A stretch of DNA of 64,000 nucleotides from Eledone cirrhosa (Eukaryota), in assembly GCA_964016885.1 (NCBI GenBank), contig OZ024741.1, positions 160,208,001 to 160,272,000 on the forward strand, written 5' to 3'. This document shows, one piece after another, positions 27,305 to 39,849 of this stretch. The stretch's first letter is position 1, and each line of letters opens with the position of its first letter. The notes beneath the pieces are model-generated. The model made no database searches. It was given only the letters and a program-made list of their open reading frames with translations, and had not been told where the DNA came from. The position numbers were made by a program, and so were the translations under genes.

Positions 27305-27340
27305 TCTTAACGTTTCGGACACTAGAACTTCATCAGAAAT
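27305..27340 (-). ncRNA. Degenerate minimal hammerhead motif (family of 11344-11379)
   Basis: CTGATGA-AGTTCTAGTGTCC-GAAA-CGTTAAGA. Palindromic AACGTT stem III; stem II eroded. Confidence 0.5.
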
Positions 27341-27466
27341 AGAAGATAAATAGAAAGTAAAGAGTAATGAGAAGAAGGAACGGGGAAAACTGAGGAGACA
27401 AAGAGGGAGAAAAAACACACGTGCATATTCAGTCGGCCATATATATGCATACATACATACATACAT

Positions 27467-27545
<79 letters not shown>

Positions 27546-27746
27546 AAAAGTTATGAAACGAAAGGAGCTGTGTGGTTACTAGAAACGAGGTTTAGGATGG
27601 TGGTTAGGACGGAACAGGAGAAGAAAGGAAGAAAGGAGTTTCCGTCGTCAGCTGTAAATGTTTCCCGAACCGATGTTTCGGCGCTGAATTACAGGGCATC
27701 GATGTAATTCGGGTCCGCCCGAGGCCTTTTATTAATCAAAAAATAA

Positions 27747-27829
<83 letters not shown>

Positions 27830-28001
27830 ATATAAGCTATCGCTTATATTTATAATTTCAAACTCGCTCGCTGTTTCGAAAATATTCTTACTTGATATAT
27901 ATATTCACTTCCGCGTTCACAGATTGATTTTGTTAGTTTCAGAAGATCCCGTTAAGCGTGAAAGCAGCAATTCTTTGCTTAAACTTTAATCTGTTATTTT
28001 A

Positions 28002-28402
<401 letters not shown>

Positions 28403-28700
28403 CTATATATATATATACACGTACATACATACATACTTACATACACAGACACATACATGCATACAAACACATATACATAGATATACATATTCATGTTTGA
28501 TGTGTGAAAGTTATTGGCGAGATGTTATGGCTGTGTGACAATGTGTGAACAGATGTAATGAAGAAAGAGAAAGAGAAGAAAGAAATGACAAACGAAAAGA
28601 AGTATAAAAAAAAGAAAAGGAAAGTGTAAACCAAACCGCGTAGTTAGGAAGTCACAAGAGTGGCAGTGGCGTGTGTGTGTTTGTGTGTGTGTGTGTTTGT

Positions 28701-28780
<80 letters not shown>

Positions 28781-28843
28781 GTTCAATTATGTATATACAC
28801 ACACATATATATATATATATATACACACATACACATACACATG

Positions 28844-28875
<32 letters not shown>

Positions 28876-28932
28876 CATATGTATATATATATATATATAT
28901 ACACATATGTATATATATATATATATATATAC

Positions 28933-29090
<158 letters not shown>

Positions 29091-29717
29091 TACGAATGCA
29101 TGTATACATCTACGTCATATGTTAGTGCGTATTTGTGTATAAATGAGACTAATGAGCTGTTCTTCGTTGAAGTCGTGTTAAGTTATCATTAAATGATGGA
29201 CTCTGTCAGATTACAGATCAGACATGACGTACAAGTTGTCTTTCCTTGGCGTAGTTCTTCATGTATTTTACAGTGTGTTTATTTTCGGTTCTTATCTTGC
29301 TATAGTCATAGTGTATGTGTATGTGCGCGCACGCGCGCGCGTGTGTGTGTGTGTGTGTTTGTGGGTGTCTGGGTGTATTCTTGCTGTATATGTGTATGCG
29401 TGTGTGTGCTCTTGCTGTGTTTATAGTGTGTGTATGTCTCCTTCCTGTATTTGTATGGTGTGTGTATATATATATATATATGTCTGTTTGTGCCTGTATG
29501 TATGTGAGTGTTATGTATTCGGCTGTTAAATAATTCTACGTTTTAGTTTAAATAAGACATTTTCATCATTACGTCATAAGTTCTGTTTGTTTTGTTTTTG
29601 ATTTTCTGTTTTTTCTGATTTTGTACGTTTATTTAGTATTTGCTTCTCTTTATCTTTCTCTCTTTTTCTCTCTCTCTCTCTCACTTACTCAATCTTTCTC
29701 TCTCATTCACTTTATCC

Positions 29718-29758
<41 letters not shown>

Positions 29759-30204
29759 TCTCTCTCTCTCATTTTGGCACTCTCATACTTTACCTCCCTC
29801 TCCCACTCCTTTCTCTCCACCACTCACTTTATTCTTCTCTCCCGTTCCCCACCCACTCTCCCATTCAAACACTCTCTTTCACTCTCTCTTTCTCTCTCTC
29901 TGTTTCGCTTTTCCTTCTCTCTCTCCTCCCTCTCTATCTCGCCCTGATATCCACTCTCTCTCATTGTGTTTCACTTTTCTTTCTCTCTCACCCCCCTCTC
30001 TATCACACACACATTCTCCTTCTCTGTTTGAGGCTATGGAGTAGTTGTATGTTGTGATGTCACGTGTGCCATCAATTGTGATGTCATACTTACCATCAAT
30101 TATAATGTTGTATGTGTCGTCTGTGTTTGACGTCAATTGTGATGCTGTGTGTCCCGCTAGTTGTAATGTTGTGTACGCTGTTGGTTGTGATGTTGTGTGT
30201 ACCA

Positions 30205-31036
30205 TCTATGTGTGCCTGCAATTCTGTTGTGTGTGCCGCCAATTCTGTTGTGTGTACCTGCAATTCTGTTGTGTGTACTGCCAATGCTGTTGTGTGTGCC
30301 GCCAATTCTGTTGTGTGTGCCGCCAATTATGTTGTGTGTACCGCCAATTCTGTTGTGTGTGCCTGCAATTCTGTTGTGTGTACTGCCAATTCTGTTGTGT
30401 GTGCCGCCAATTCTGTTGTGTGTGCCGCCAATTATGTTGTGTACCGCCATTCTGTTGTGTGTGCCATAAATGATGTTGTGTGTGCCATCAATTCTGTTGT
30501 GTGTACCACCGAATCTGTTGTGTGTGCCATCATATCTGTTGTGTGTGCCTGCAATTCTTTTGTGTGTACCACCGAATCTGTTGTGTGTGCTGCCAATTCT
30601 GTTGTGTGTACCACCAATTCTGTTGTGTGTGCTGCCAATTCTGTTGTGTGTACCACCAATTCTGTGGTGCGTGCTGCCAATTCTGTTGTGTGTACCACCA
30701 ATTCTGTGGTGCGTGCTGCCAATTCTGTTGTGTGTACCACCAATTCTGTTGTGTGCTGCCAATTCTGTTGTGTGTACCACCAATTCTGTGGTGTGTGCTG
30801 CCAATTCTGTTGTGTGTACCACCAATTCTGTTGTTTGTGCTGCCAATTCTGTTGTGTGTACCACCAATTCTGTTGTGTGTGCCACCAATTCTGTTGTGTG
30901 TACCGCCAATTCTGTTGTGTGTGCCACTAATTCTGTTGTGTGTGCCGCCAATTCTGTTGTATGTGCTGCCAATTCTGTTGTGTGTGCCGCCAATTCTGTT
31001 GTGTGTGCCGCCAATTCTGTTGTGTGTGCCGCCAAC
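30205..31036. repeat. 21 bp minisatellite (GCCAATTCTGTTGTGTGTRCY)n
   Basis: Direct tandem periodicity, which explains the 7 aa repeat ORFs on both strands. Confidence 0.95.
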
Positions 31037-32101
31037 TGTAACCTCGGCTGAGGCTTTTGATTTGGCATTTCTTGAAATTCCTCTAATTTCTGGCTTTGTA
31101 CCTATGTTAGAAACAACTACGTTATTACATTACTGGTCTTTGCTTTCAAATAAAATACCAATCAAGTAATGAGGTCGATTTAATCGACTTCCTGACACCT
31201 TACTATTTGATATCAATTTCGCCTTTCATCCTTACGGGATCGATAAAAAAAAAAATACCATTAACGCACTAGGGTCGGTTTATTCGACTTTCCTATTCCC
31301 TGCAAATTGCTGGCCTTGTGCGAAAAAGTAGAAACAATTATATTTAGCGACATATAGGATGCTGTAGATTTTAGTGTATATGTTTCTAAAATGTAATGGA
31401 TATGTTTTCCAAAATGCTACATCTGAACATATTGGTCACAGTGTATTTGCTGCAATCTGGTGCGGGTTTTAGTTTTTTTAGATATTTATTTATGCTAATA
31501 TATTTTGTTAGGACATTTAATTAAATAATTTCATAAAAGAAAATGATTTAAAATCGTCTAATAAATGCACAGCCTAATCAACTGCGACCCGTCCCCCGCC
31601 ATACACACGCACACAAAAATTGTTGGGGCCAGGACAGTTCATTGAATATGCTTCGAAAACACTGTTGTGTTATCCACACATGCAGCTATATTTGGAAACC
31701 AATAAAAGAAAGTAAGACTGTCAACATTACATGGACAAAGGCACAATCATTTATCAATGGGTCAAAGTACTGCAGCCTTTTTTTTTTTTTACAGAAAAAC
31801 TCCTTATAATTCGCTTCACTACTCCAAACCTAAAAAATAAAAATGTGAAATATTTTCGTCCTTCCAACATATGTCCAAATGGTTTCTTAGTAATTTTAAA
31901 ATAGACCTTCCTGATGCATGATAGATGACATTTAATTTCAGAGATTACGTGTTAGCGATTAACGTTAATATCAGTGATTGCTTCTTAAGCCGCTGATGTG
32001 TACATTTGTTCTGTAAACACTTTCAATAAAACCATGCTTCGGAAATACAATTCCTGTTTAGACTACACACACAGACACCAGCATCGCTACATACACGCAC
32101 A

Positions 32102-32155
<54 letters not shown>

Positions 32156-32173
32156 CATTGCAATATGTGTATA

Positions 32174-32215
<42 letters not shown>

Positions 32216-32293
32216 CACTTCCTGCTATATCAAGGGTTAACCTAATATATCCCTTCCATATTCTGTACCGATTGTCTTGTTATTTATGTTTCC

Positions 32294-32373
<80 letters not shown>

Positions 32374-32530
32374 TATACATATATATATGTGTGTGTGTGT
32401 ATGTGTGTTTGTGTGTATGTGTGTGTGAGTGATGCGTGTGTGTGCTATAATGTATTGCAGCAAATATAAATTAAAACAGCAGCGAACATGAAGCGCACCA
32501 CACAACCAATCTTGTTCTTGTCTATTTCAG

Positions 32531-33610
32531 GTGATGCACTGAAGCTACTGATGCAGAAAATGCACAACAAGTTCACATACTCTGATTTGTATCGATACCA
32601 CTTCTTGCATAGTGCAGACCTGATGGCCAACAGTAGCAACAGCACCAACAATAGCCTCAACGGTAGCCCTTCAATCGGGGTTACCTCTGATGGAGCTCTC
32701 GGTGACAGACATTCAGATACTAATACAGCTGATGCAATGGCAGCAACTGCTGCTGCAGCTGCTGCAGCTGCTGCCGCAACAGCAGCTGCTGCAGCAGCCA
32801 ATAATCATGTTCCGACTTCGATGGATCTCTCCTATGGTCAGCACTTCTGGAATTCCACACAACTGTGCCACTTCCTTGGATCAAAGTACAATAGTAAACC
32901 TCTTCTCGGAGATGCCGACCGGTTATTCCGTGATGGTCTCGGCGTTATTGGAGGGATTGGTAGTCTTGGTAGCGCTCTGGGGATCACAGGAGTTTCGCCC
33001 AATAGAGGACGTTGTTTTAGTTCTCATGCGGTCAGTCAGCTGGCTGCCAGAGCTGTCGGATTGTCAGCTGGAGCCGGGTTGTCATCTAGCGTCACAGGTG
33101 TTGGCGGGGCGACATCAGTGGCTGGCGGTGATGGTGCCACCACCCTCGGCCTCATCGGAGCGATGTCCGCCGCCGCCGCCGCAAGACGAGTACCCGGTGG
33201 CAGCGAAACAGCACACCTAATACGTGTTGCCGACGCGCACATAGGTGGAGCCAGTGTTGTACTCAACGGAGACGAAGGACCGTTCGAGTGTGTCAAGTGT
33301 TTGAAACGTTTCACAACCCCTCACGGCCTGGAAGTGCACGTACGTCGCTCTCACAGCGGCAAGCGGCCTTATGCCTGTGATGTGTGCAGCAAAACCTTCG
33401 GCCACTCTGTGTCTCTATCGCAACACCGAACCGTGCACACCCAGGAGAAAACTTTCCGATGTCAGCAGTGCGGCAAGTGTTTTAAGCGGTCCTCAACACT
33501 CAGCACACATCTGCTCATACACAGTGATACACGGCCCTATCCCTGCCCATATTGTGGCAAACGATTCCACCAGAAGTCAGACATGAAAAAACATACTTAT
33601 ATACACACAG
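32531..33610 (+). CDS. GFI1: Gfi-1/Senseless-family C2H2 zinc-finger transcription factor, exon with Ala/Gly-rich region and fingers 1-4
   Basis: Signature sequences [54 protein letters not shown]. Acceptor TTTCAG|G at 32530, donor CAG|GTAAGT at 33610 (phase 1). First in-exon ATG at 32551; the true start is uncertain. Confidence 0.93.
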
Positions 33611-33902
33611 GTAAGTAAAGAAAAGAGCAACCTTTTTACCTTTAATAATATATAAATTTCATGATTATATAAATATTTGTTATACATAGGTATATAAGAC
33701 ATACATACATACATAAATACATACATACGTTCATACCTACACCTACTACCCACCACATATATATGCATGTATGTATTTATACTTATATCCTATATATGTG
33801 TATGCGTTTTTATATAGAGAGTGACAGGCACTCACCCACACACACATATATAGATGCAGATATATGGATAGGTAGATAGATCGATAGATAGGTAGATAGA
33901 TC

Positions 33903-33993
<91 letters not shown>

Positions 33994-33995
33994 GA

Positions 33996-34030
<35 letters not shown>

Positions 34031-34303
34031 TGTTTCTTTTATTTGCCACCAGGGCATCAAAAGTGGGACAAGTACAAAGGGGGGAGTTTACAAAACAAGG
34101 CGTCCTCAATAAGGAGGAGGCAATAACAATATATAAAAATAAAATAAAATATAACAAAAAATAAAATTTATAACAAAGTCCTCAATAGAGAGGAGGCGCC
34201 TTGGGGGATCGCACACACCCCCGAAAAAAGTGTGCAACCCTTCTCCTCAGGAGCACAGAGAAGGGGTGCTCTCTTGGTCTTTCATCTTCCTCACCTATAG
34301 TCT
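34031..34303 (-). mobile_element. 3'-UTR stub of a second Tx1-like family in the same (GATA)n array
   Basis: Colinear with, but diverged from, 34348-34590. Bounded by (GATA)n at 33868-34029 and 34304-34347. Confidence 0.85.
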
Positions 34304-34348
<45 letters not shown>

Positions 34349-34579
34349 ATTTCTATTTATTTGCCACGAGGGCACAAAAGAAGGGGACATTTACATAGTG
34401 GGGGAGTTTACATAAATCGAGTAAAGAAAAAAGGAATAACAATAATAATATAACAATAAAAAGTCCTCAAAAGGGAGGGGGCGTGTTGGGGATTGCACAT
34501 ACCCCCGAAAAGTGTGCAACTCTTTTCGCGGGGGAAGCCCAGAGAGGAGGCGCTCCCCCTTTCCTCTTCACTTCTTCAC

Positions 34580-37500
34580 CTACAGAACAATGTAGAGAGA
34601 AGGCCCATTTACACGGGCCATTCTCGCTTCTTTCACCCACCTTTCATAAAACTGTCTGGGACCAAGCACTTCTCTCTCCATCCTGATTCTTCTTCCGAAG
34701 TGGTATCGGAAGAAGTAAACCAGGTGATGGCCGGAGAGAAAGTCACCCGACCTCAGACCTTTCAGGCGCGTCCACCACACAACCTCTTTCATCATGGCTA
34801 TTACGCACAGAAAGACCGCCTCTGCTTCATTTCTGAAGGGAGGAGGCGGCTTGATGTTCACCACAGACTCGGCGGTTAATCGAATCGGCGCCACACGCGA
34901 CAGCAGTCGTTCGACGTAGCCCCACAGATCGGCAACGCCCGGGCAGTGTACCAGTGCATGCGCAACGGTTTCCTCGTCGCGCACGCATCTGGGACAGATC
35001 TTTTTCGCGGGATCCCTGCCCGGGCGCCCGTGTCTGTAGAGCTTTTCTCGAACGGGCAGAGCCCCCCGGTAACACTGCCAGGCTAGGGACCTCTGGAAGT
35101 TGTCCATGGGTCCCGGGCCGAAAGTTCTACCGAACAGGCTGGCCAGTTCGTCCTCCTCCATGCCTAGCGACTCTCCAAGGGTGTCGTCGCCCCTGCTAGC
35201 CACCAACCCTCTATAGAATGTTGAGGTGGATTCTCCACTGACAGTCGGGTCCGCTTGCCAGATAGCCGTGAGCGCCTGGGCACACTCAGTGTGCCAGTTG
35301 CCCAGTTTTCTCGGTCTTTGCTTCACCCAGGATTGCAGTTCGGTGAGCGAGACGAGCTGTGGGAAGGCTCGCCTCACAAACGGGGCCCACACCGGCTGAC
35401 CGTTGAGGAATACCTGTAGATGCCGTAGCCTCAATGCGTGCCTACGCATCAACAGCCACGGCATACCCAGCCCTCCTTTCGAAGGGTGCTGGCAGCAGAT
35501 GGATCTCCTCACCATGGGAGGCCGCTTCTTCCAGAGGAACTGGAAGAGCATGCGTTCCATGATGGTGAGCTTTTCCTTGGGGCAAGGCACGACGGTCAGG
35601 CGGTAGTAGATGACGGACGCTATGTAAGCGTTCGTCACCTCCGCCCGACCTTTCAGTGATAGTTTGCACTTGGCCCACTTCTGGGTCAGCGCAAACACCC
35701 TGCTCGTCACCTCGCCCCAATTCTTCTCCACCTGGAGGTCCGGTCCGAACCAGACCCCGAGCAGCTTCACCGGGCCCTCCGTCCACCGCCCGACGACACC
35801 GTCTAACGGCATCGGTTTGCCCCTCCACGTTCCGAGTTGCAAACCGACTGACTTGTCCTGGTTCAGCTTAGCCCCCGTCAGCCTTTCGTATTCCTCCAGT
35901 AGGGTGGCGATCGCCCCGATTTCCGAGGCGTCCGCCACCATTACTGTTACGTCGTCGGCATAGGCCGAGACCGCTTTGTGCAATCCCGGTTCCAGGGGTA
36001 TGCCCCGCAGCAACTCCAACTTCCGCAGCAGTGGCTCGAGAGTCAATACGTACAGAAGGGAGGAGAGGGGGCACCCCTGTCTGATGGATCGGGTGATTTG
36101 AAACGGCTCCGAGAGGTAGCCGTTTACTTTAATCCTAGAGTAGATGTTGCCACTGTGCATGGCAGAAATCCAGCCCCTGAAAACGGGTCCGAAGCCCGCC
36201 GCCGCTAGCACCGCATCCAGGTAACCATGGTCGACCCTATCGAACGCCTTAGATTGATCCAAGTTGATCAGGGCCCCACCAAAGCCGGGTTCGTAGCCAA
36301 CCCTCTCTATGATGTATCGCATGAGGTGGAGGTTGTCGTGAATGGACCTGGACGGGATAGCGCATGTCTGCGCGTCTCCCACCAAACCACCCACCACAAG
36401 CGCCAACCTCTTCGCCAACACCTTGGCCAAAATCTGTAACTCTGCATTCAGCAGAGTTATGGGCCTAAAGTTACTTAAGTCGTCCCCCTTGCTCTCGTCC
36501 TTCCTCACTAGCGTGACCACGCCCTTGGTCACAGAACAGGGAATTCTCCCGTTCTGTTGCCAGTTGCAATAGACAGCCTCGAGGAGTTCGGAGAACAAGA
36601 CCGGCATAGCTAAATAAAGTTCGTATGGTAGACCATCGAGACCCGGGGATTTGCGTCTGCTGCATTGGCTGAGCGCTTCCCCGATTTCAGTGGCTGTGAT
36701 TGGCCCTTCGCAGCACTCCGCTTCGCCGCTCGAAAGACGCGGTAGACCGTCGAGGTATGGACCGAAGTCCACATCCCCGTCCGGCCCCCCGCCACCTCCG
36801 AACAGTCGAGCAAAGTGCCTTTGAAAGGTCTCGCACATTCGCTCAGGTTCAAGGATCACCCGTCCATCCTGGTCTCGCAAAGACCGAATGGTGGATTTAA
36901 TCCCACTCTTGGCTTCTGTCACGCGGGCCCAGCTAACAGCTTTGGTCCCCTCGTTTCCTAAAGCACGTATTTTACTTCGGACAACGCAGCCTTCGTGCTT
37001 CGCGTCAAAGAACTGGCTCAATGCCGTTCTCGTCGCTAACACTCTGGCTACGTCTCCGCTCCTAATCGCCTCTTCTAGTTTATCTGTTAACTCCCTTTCC
37101 CTCCTATTTCTATTCGCCGCTAGTTCCTTACTGTAACCTATCGAACTTACTCTAATCTCTCTCTTTAGAGATATCCACCACCTACTGTTGACGATCGCTC
37201 CCGTCAACCGCATCTTAACTAAGCTACTAATCCGGTTTCTGTAATCTTTCTTTGTCGGTAAGGACAAGTTCATCTTCCAGTAACCGGGACCCTGTCTATG
37301 CGTTCTATCAAGGTTGACCACGCAGGTCACTAATTTGTGATCTGAATAGCCAACCATGATCAGTTCTGGACAACTAAATACGTCCCTATCCTTACTCCTA
37401 ACCAAAAACCTATCTAGGTACGATCTAGATTGTCCACTGCGGTTTGCCCAGGTCCAGGTTGGCGCAGTTGGACAATCTAGTCGAAATCTATCGACCAGGT

Positions 37501-38017
37501 CGAATCGATCGAGTAACCCCTTGAGGCTGCTACACCCCCCTCTATCGGGACATGCCCCTGCATAGTCCCAACGCGCATCTAGGATTCCATTCCAGTCCCC
37601 CACTAAAAGCAGGGAACGCGACGTTCCTAGAAAAGTCTCCAGACGTTGGAAGAAGTCGGCTCTCTCCGCCCCGAAGGGAGCATAAAGACCGACCAGTCTG
37701 AAAGCCCCGCCTTCACCACCTCCGACGTCCAGCACCAGTAATCGACCCCCCGGGTCCGAGTGAACAATCTGTACGTCGAGAGTTAGACGTTTATCCAGCA
37801 GTACGGCAACTCCCCCCCCGCCTCCGGGTTGACAGAGAGATGCGTGCATCTCAAAGTCATCGAAGGCGGGCGCCAGCTGTCTCACGCTGCTGATCCGACT
37901 CTCGCAAACAACCATCACATCTATACTTTGTGACCTGAGGTCACTTAGAAGCTTTGCTTGCTTCCAAGCTGAGCTCAGGCCACGCGCGTTCAAACAGCCA
38001 ACTCTCAATTGATCTAT
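34580..38017 (-). CDS. LINE ORF2: AP endonuclease, reverse transcriptase, C-terminal CCHC
   Basis: NARG, ESR, GDWN and SDH endonuclease motifs; KSPGLDG, FRPITLLN, DQSKAFD, QGCPLS, YADD; CPRC-x8-H-x4-C. The position homologous to the other copy's ATG is ATA (38017). Confidence 0.95.
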   Translation of the reverse strand: MDQLRVGCLNARGLSSAWKQAKLLSDLRSQSIDVMVVCESRISSVRQLAPAFDDFEMHASLCQPGGGGGVAVLLDKRLTLDVQIVHSDPGGRLLVLDVGGGEGGAFRLVGLYAPFGAERADFFQRLETFLGTSRSLLLVGDWNGILDARWDYAGACPDRGGCSSLKGLLDRFDLVDRFRLDCPTAPTWTWANRSGQSRSYLDRFLVRSKDRDVFSCPELIMVGYSDHKLVTCVVNLDRTHRQGPGYWKMNLSLPTKKDYRNRISSLVKMRLTGAIVNSRWWISLKREIRVSSIGYSKELAANRNRRERELTDKLEEAIRSGDVARVLATRTALSQFFDAKHEGCVVRSKIRALGNEGTKAVSWARVTEAKSGIKSTIRSLRDQDGRVILEPERMCETFQRHFARLFGGGGGPDGDVDFGPYLDGLPRLSSGEAECCEGPITATEIGEALSQCSRRKSPGLDGLPYELYLAMPVLFSELLEAVYCNWQQNGRIPCSVTKGVVTLVRKDESKGDDLSNFRPITLLNAELQILAKVLAKRLALVVGGLVGDAQTCAIPSRSIHDNLHLMRYIIERVGYEPGFGGALINLDQSKAFDRVDHGYLDAVLAAAGFGPVFRGWISAMHSGNIYSRIKVNGYLSEPFQITRSIRQGCPLSSLLYVLTLEPLLRKLELLRGIPLEPGLHKAVSAYADDVTVMVADASEIGAIATLLEEYERLTGAKLNQDKSVGLQLGTWRGKPMPLDGVVGRWTEGPVKLLGVWFGPDLQVEKNWGEVTSRVFALTQKWAKCKLSLKGRAEVTNAYIASVIYYRLTVVPCPKEKLTIMERMLFQFLWKKRPPMVRRSICCQHPSKGGLGMPWLLMRRHALRLRHLQVFLNGQPVWAPFVRRAFPQLVSLTELQSWVKQRPRKLGNWHTECAQALTAIWQADPTVSGESTSTFYRGLVASRGDDTLGESLGMEEDELASLFGRTFGPGPMDNFQRSLAWQCYRGALPVREKLYRHGRPGRDPAKKICPRCVRDEETVAHALVHCPGVADLWGYVERLLSRVAPIRLTAESVVNIKPPPPFRNEAEAVFLCVIAMMKEVVWWTRLKGLRSGDFLSGHHLVYFFRYHFGRRIRMEREVLGPRQFYERWVKEARMARVNGPSLYIVL

Positions 38018-39849
38018 TTTGGTGTTGAAAGTGAAGAAAGAAAAGCACTTACCTCTCCGGGTTGCGTAATTTCCATGGCATCAGGTGTGTTGGGTGGAGG
38101 GATGTTTTGTGGTGGTGTGGGGGTACACGTGTGTGGTGGGGTTGGGGTATTTGGAGTTGTGTCAGGGAGAGGGGCGGTTATGGGGAAATCTTTCAAGAGG
38201 ACGCGATTCAACGGTTTTAAACAGGGGGGGCTCACGTCCCGTCTAAATTGTTCTTTTAAGGAACGATAAAGGTCCAGAGGGACCTTTATCATTTTTAAAT
38301 GGGTGAAGTTCTCTGTTGAGATAAAGTTTGGCCCTTCGGTCTGCACCATAGGGTTATTGTTTATTAATTTAACCAGTTTTTTGTTTTCTTTATTTATATA
38401 TGTGTATTGCAACGTCTTTTTTTGTGATGCTGTCAATGTTTCGGAGAGGGGAGGCGCAGATTTATTTTTGTTTGTTGAGGGTGGGGTGTTTTTGATTGGA
38501 GTTGGTGTTTGTGTGTGGGTTATTTGTGGTGTGCTGGGTGTGTGTTTTCTTTTTTTTCTTTTAACTTGTCTGAAGGCTTCTCCTCCTTCTTCTTCAGAAG
38601 TTGGGGGAAACTCTTCAGCGCTAGGTGGGAGGGACGTGTTGTGTGGTTGTTTTTTTTTTGCGGGAGGGGTAGATTTGTTACTGTTTTTTTTATTATTTGT
38701 TTGGAATGGGTTTTGTGGTGGTGGTGGTGGTAATGTTTGTGTCGTGCTTGTGGTTGGTAATGGTGGTGGTGATGTTTGTGTTGTGGTTGGTGGTGGTGAT
38801 TTTTGTGTCGTGCTTGTGTTTGGTGCTGGTGGTGGTGATGTTTGTGTTGTGTTTGTGGTTGGTGGTGTCTGTATTTTGTTTGCTGTGTGTGGTATTAGTG
38901 TATTTTTGGAGGTGGGTGGTGCTGGTGTACTGTTTGTGGTGGGTGTGGGCAATAGTCCTTTTTGGGGGATACGTTTCGGGCAGTTAGCCTTAACGTGTCC
39001 CCTTTCCATGCATAAATAGCATGCTGGTCTTCTCCCCTCTACAATTATGTCTATTGGGGTAAGGTCATCCAGCCAGATGCGATCCGGGATTTGTGCTATT
39101 CTTTCGGGCCTCATTTGGACTAGTATGTCGAGGCCCATTCCCAGGAACGCATCTCCAGTTGCCTTCCCCATTGACAGCATAGTGTCTTCGCCCATATCAA
39201 TGAAGCCAGCAATAGCCCACCAGAAGTCCATTGTGGGCAGCATTGTTTTTACTTTTACCCTCTGTGTTCTTCTACCCATGTAGGAGGGATAGAAGCTATA
39301 TGTTGTCGACGAGAGTGGGCTTAGGGAAAGCTGAACCGCCGTTTCTTTGTCTCTTGTTAGGACCGAAATGCTGCCATAGAGTCGGTCCTTTCGTATGAAG
39401 AGAATATTCTTCATATAGTCTTTTAGGACTAACTCTATTTCCATTTGGCTGGGCTGTGCTGGCTTTCTTGACTGGTTTAGTATAGTTCTGTATATAACTG
39501 TGTTTTCTTCTCTGGCTTTCTTGAATTCTGGGGGGGAGTTAATGGAAAACATTCCGTTCTCTCCCAAAACAATATGTTTCTTTGCTTCGGCCAGTTTTTC
39601 TCTGGCGGCAGTTAGGTCAATTGGTGTGTATGTAATGGATTGCTTTGTTTTCTGGGCGAAAGTTGCCCTGTCGTTATTTGTATTATTTTCTGTTTGTTTG
39701 TTTTCTGTTTGCTCATTTTCCTTAACATTTGTTTTTTCATTTTGTTTGTTTGTTTCAATGTCTAATTTTGTTGTAATTATTTTTTGTTCTTCAGACTTGG
39801 GGGGCGTGGCAGAGCTAATGGCAGACATGTCTGCCATCTTTTCCGCCAT
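38014..39849 (-). CDS. LINE ORF1 (gag-like, CCHC knuckle), 611 aa from the first ATG
   Basis: CYLCMERGHVKANC knuckle, Pro/Thr linker and basic KRKKRKH. First ATG at 39849; the track starts earlier at a TTG. Confidence 0.92.
   Translation of the reverse strand: MAEKMADMSAISSATPPKSEEQKIITTKLDIETNKQNEKTNVKENEQTENKQTENNTNNDRATFAQKTKQSITYTPIDLTAAREKLAEAKKHIVLGENGMFSINSPPEFKKAREENTVIYRTILNQSRKPAQPSQMEIELVLKDYMKNILFIRKDRLYGSISVLTRDKETAVQLSLSPLSSTTYSFYPSYMGRRTQRVKVKTMLPTMDFWWAIAGFIDMGEDTMLSMGKATGDAFLGMGLDILVQMRPERIAQIPDRIWLDDLTPIDIIVEGRRPACYLCMERGHVKANCPKRIPQKGLLPTPTTNSTPAPPTSKNTLIPHTANKIQTPPTTNTTQTSPPPAPNTSTTQKSPPPTTTQTSPPPLPTTSTTQTLPPPPPQNPFQTNNKKNSNKSTPPAKKKQPHNTSLPPSAEEFPPTSEEEGGEAFRQVKRKKRKHTPSTPQITHTQTPTPIKNTPPSTNKNKSAPPLSETLTASQKKTLQYTYINKENKKLVKLINNNPMVQTEGPNFISTENFTHLKMIKVPLDLYRSLKEQFRRDVSPPCLKPLNRVLLKDFPITAPLPDTTPNTPTPPHTCTPTPPQNIPPPNTPDAMEITQPGEVSAFLSSLSTPK

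Noticed and set aside
30045-31169. Cys-rich or 7 aa repeat ORFs resembling metallothionein or keratin-associated proteins; also superficially CRISPR-like
   Set aside because: A 21 bp minisatellite open in most frames on both strands. No unique spacers and no cas genes.
32488-32530. ATG at 32488 as the Gfi start
   Set aside because: It lies upstream of a pyrimidine tract and TTTCAG acceptor, so it is more likely intronic; not fully excluded.
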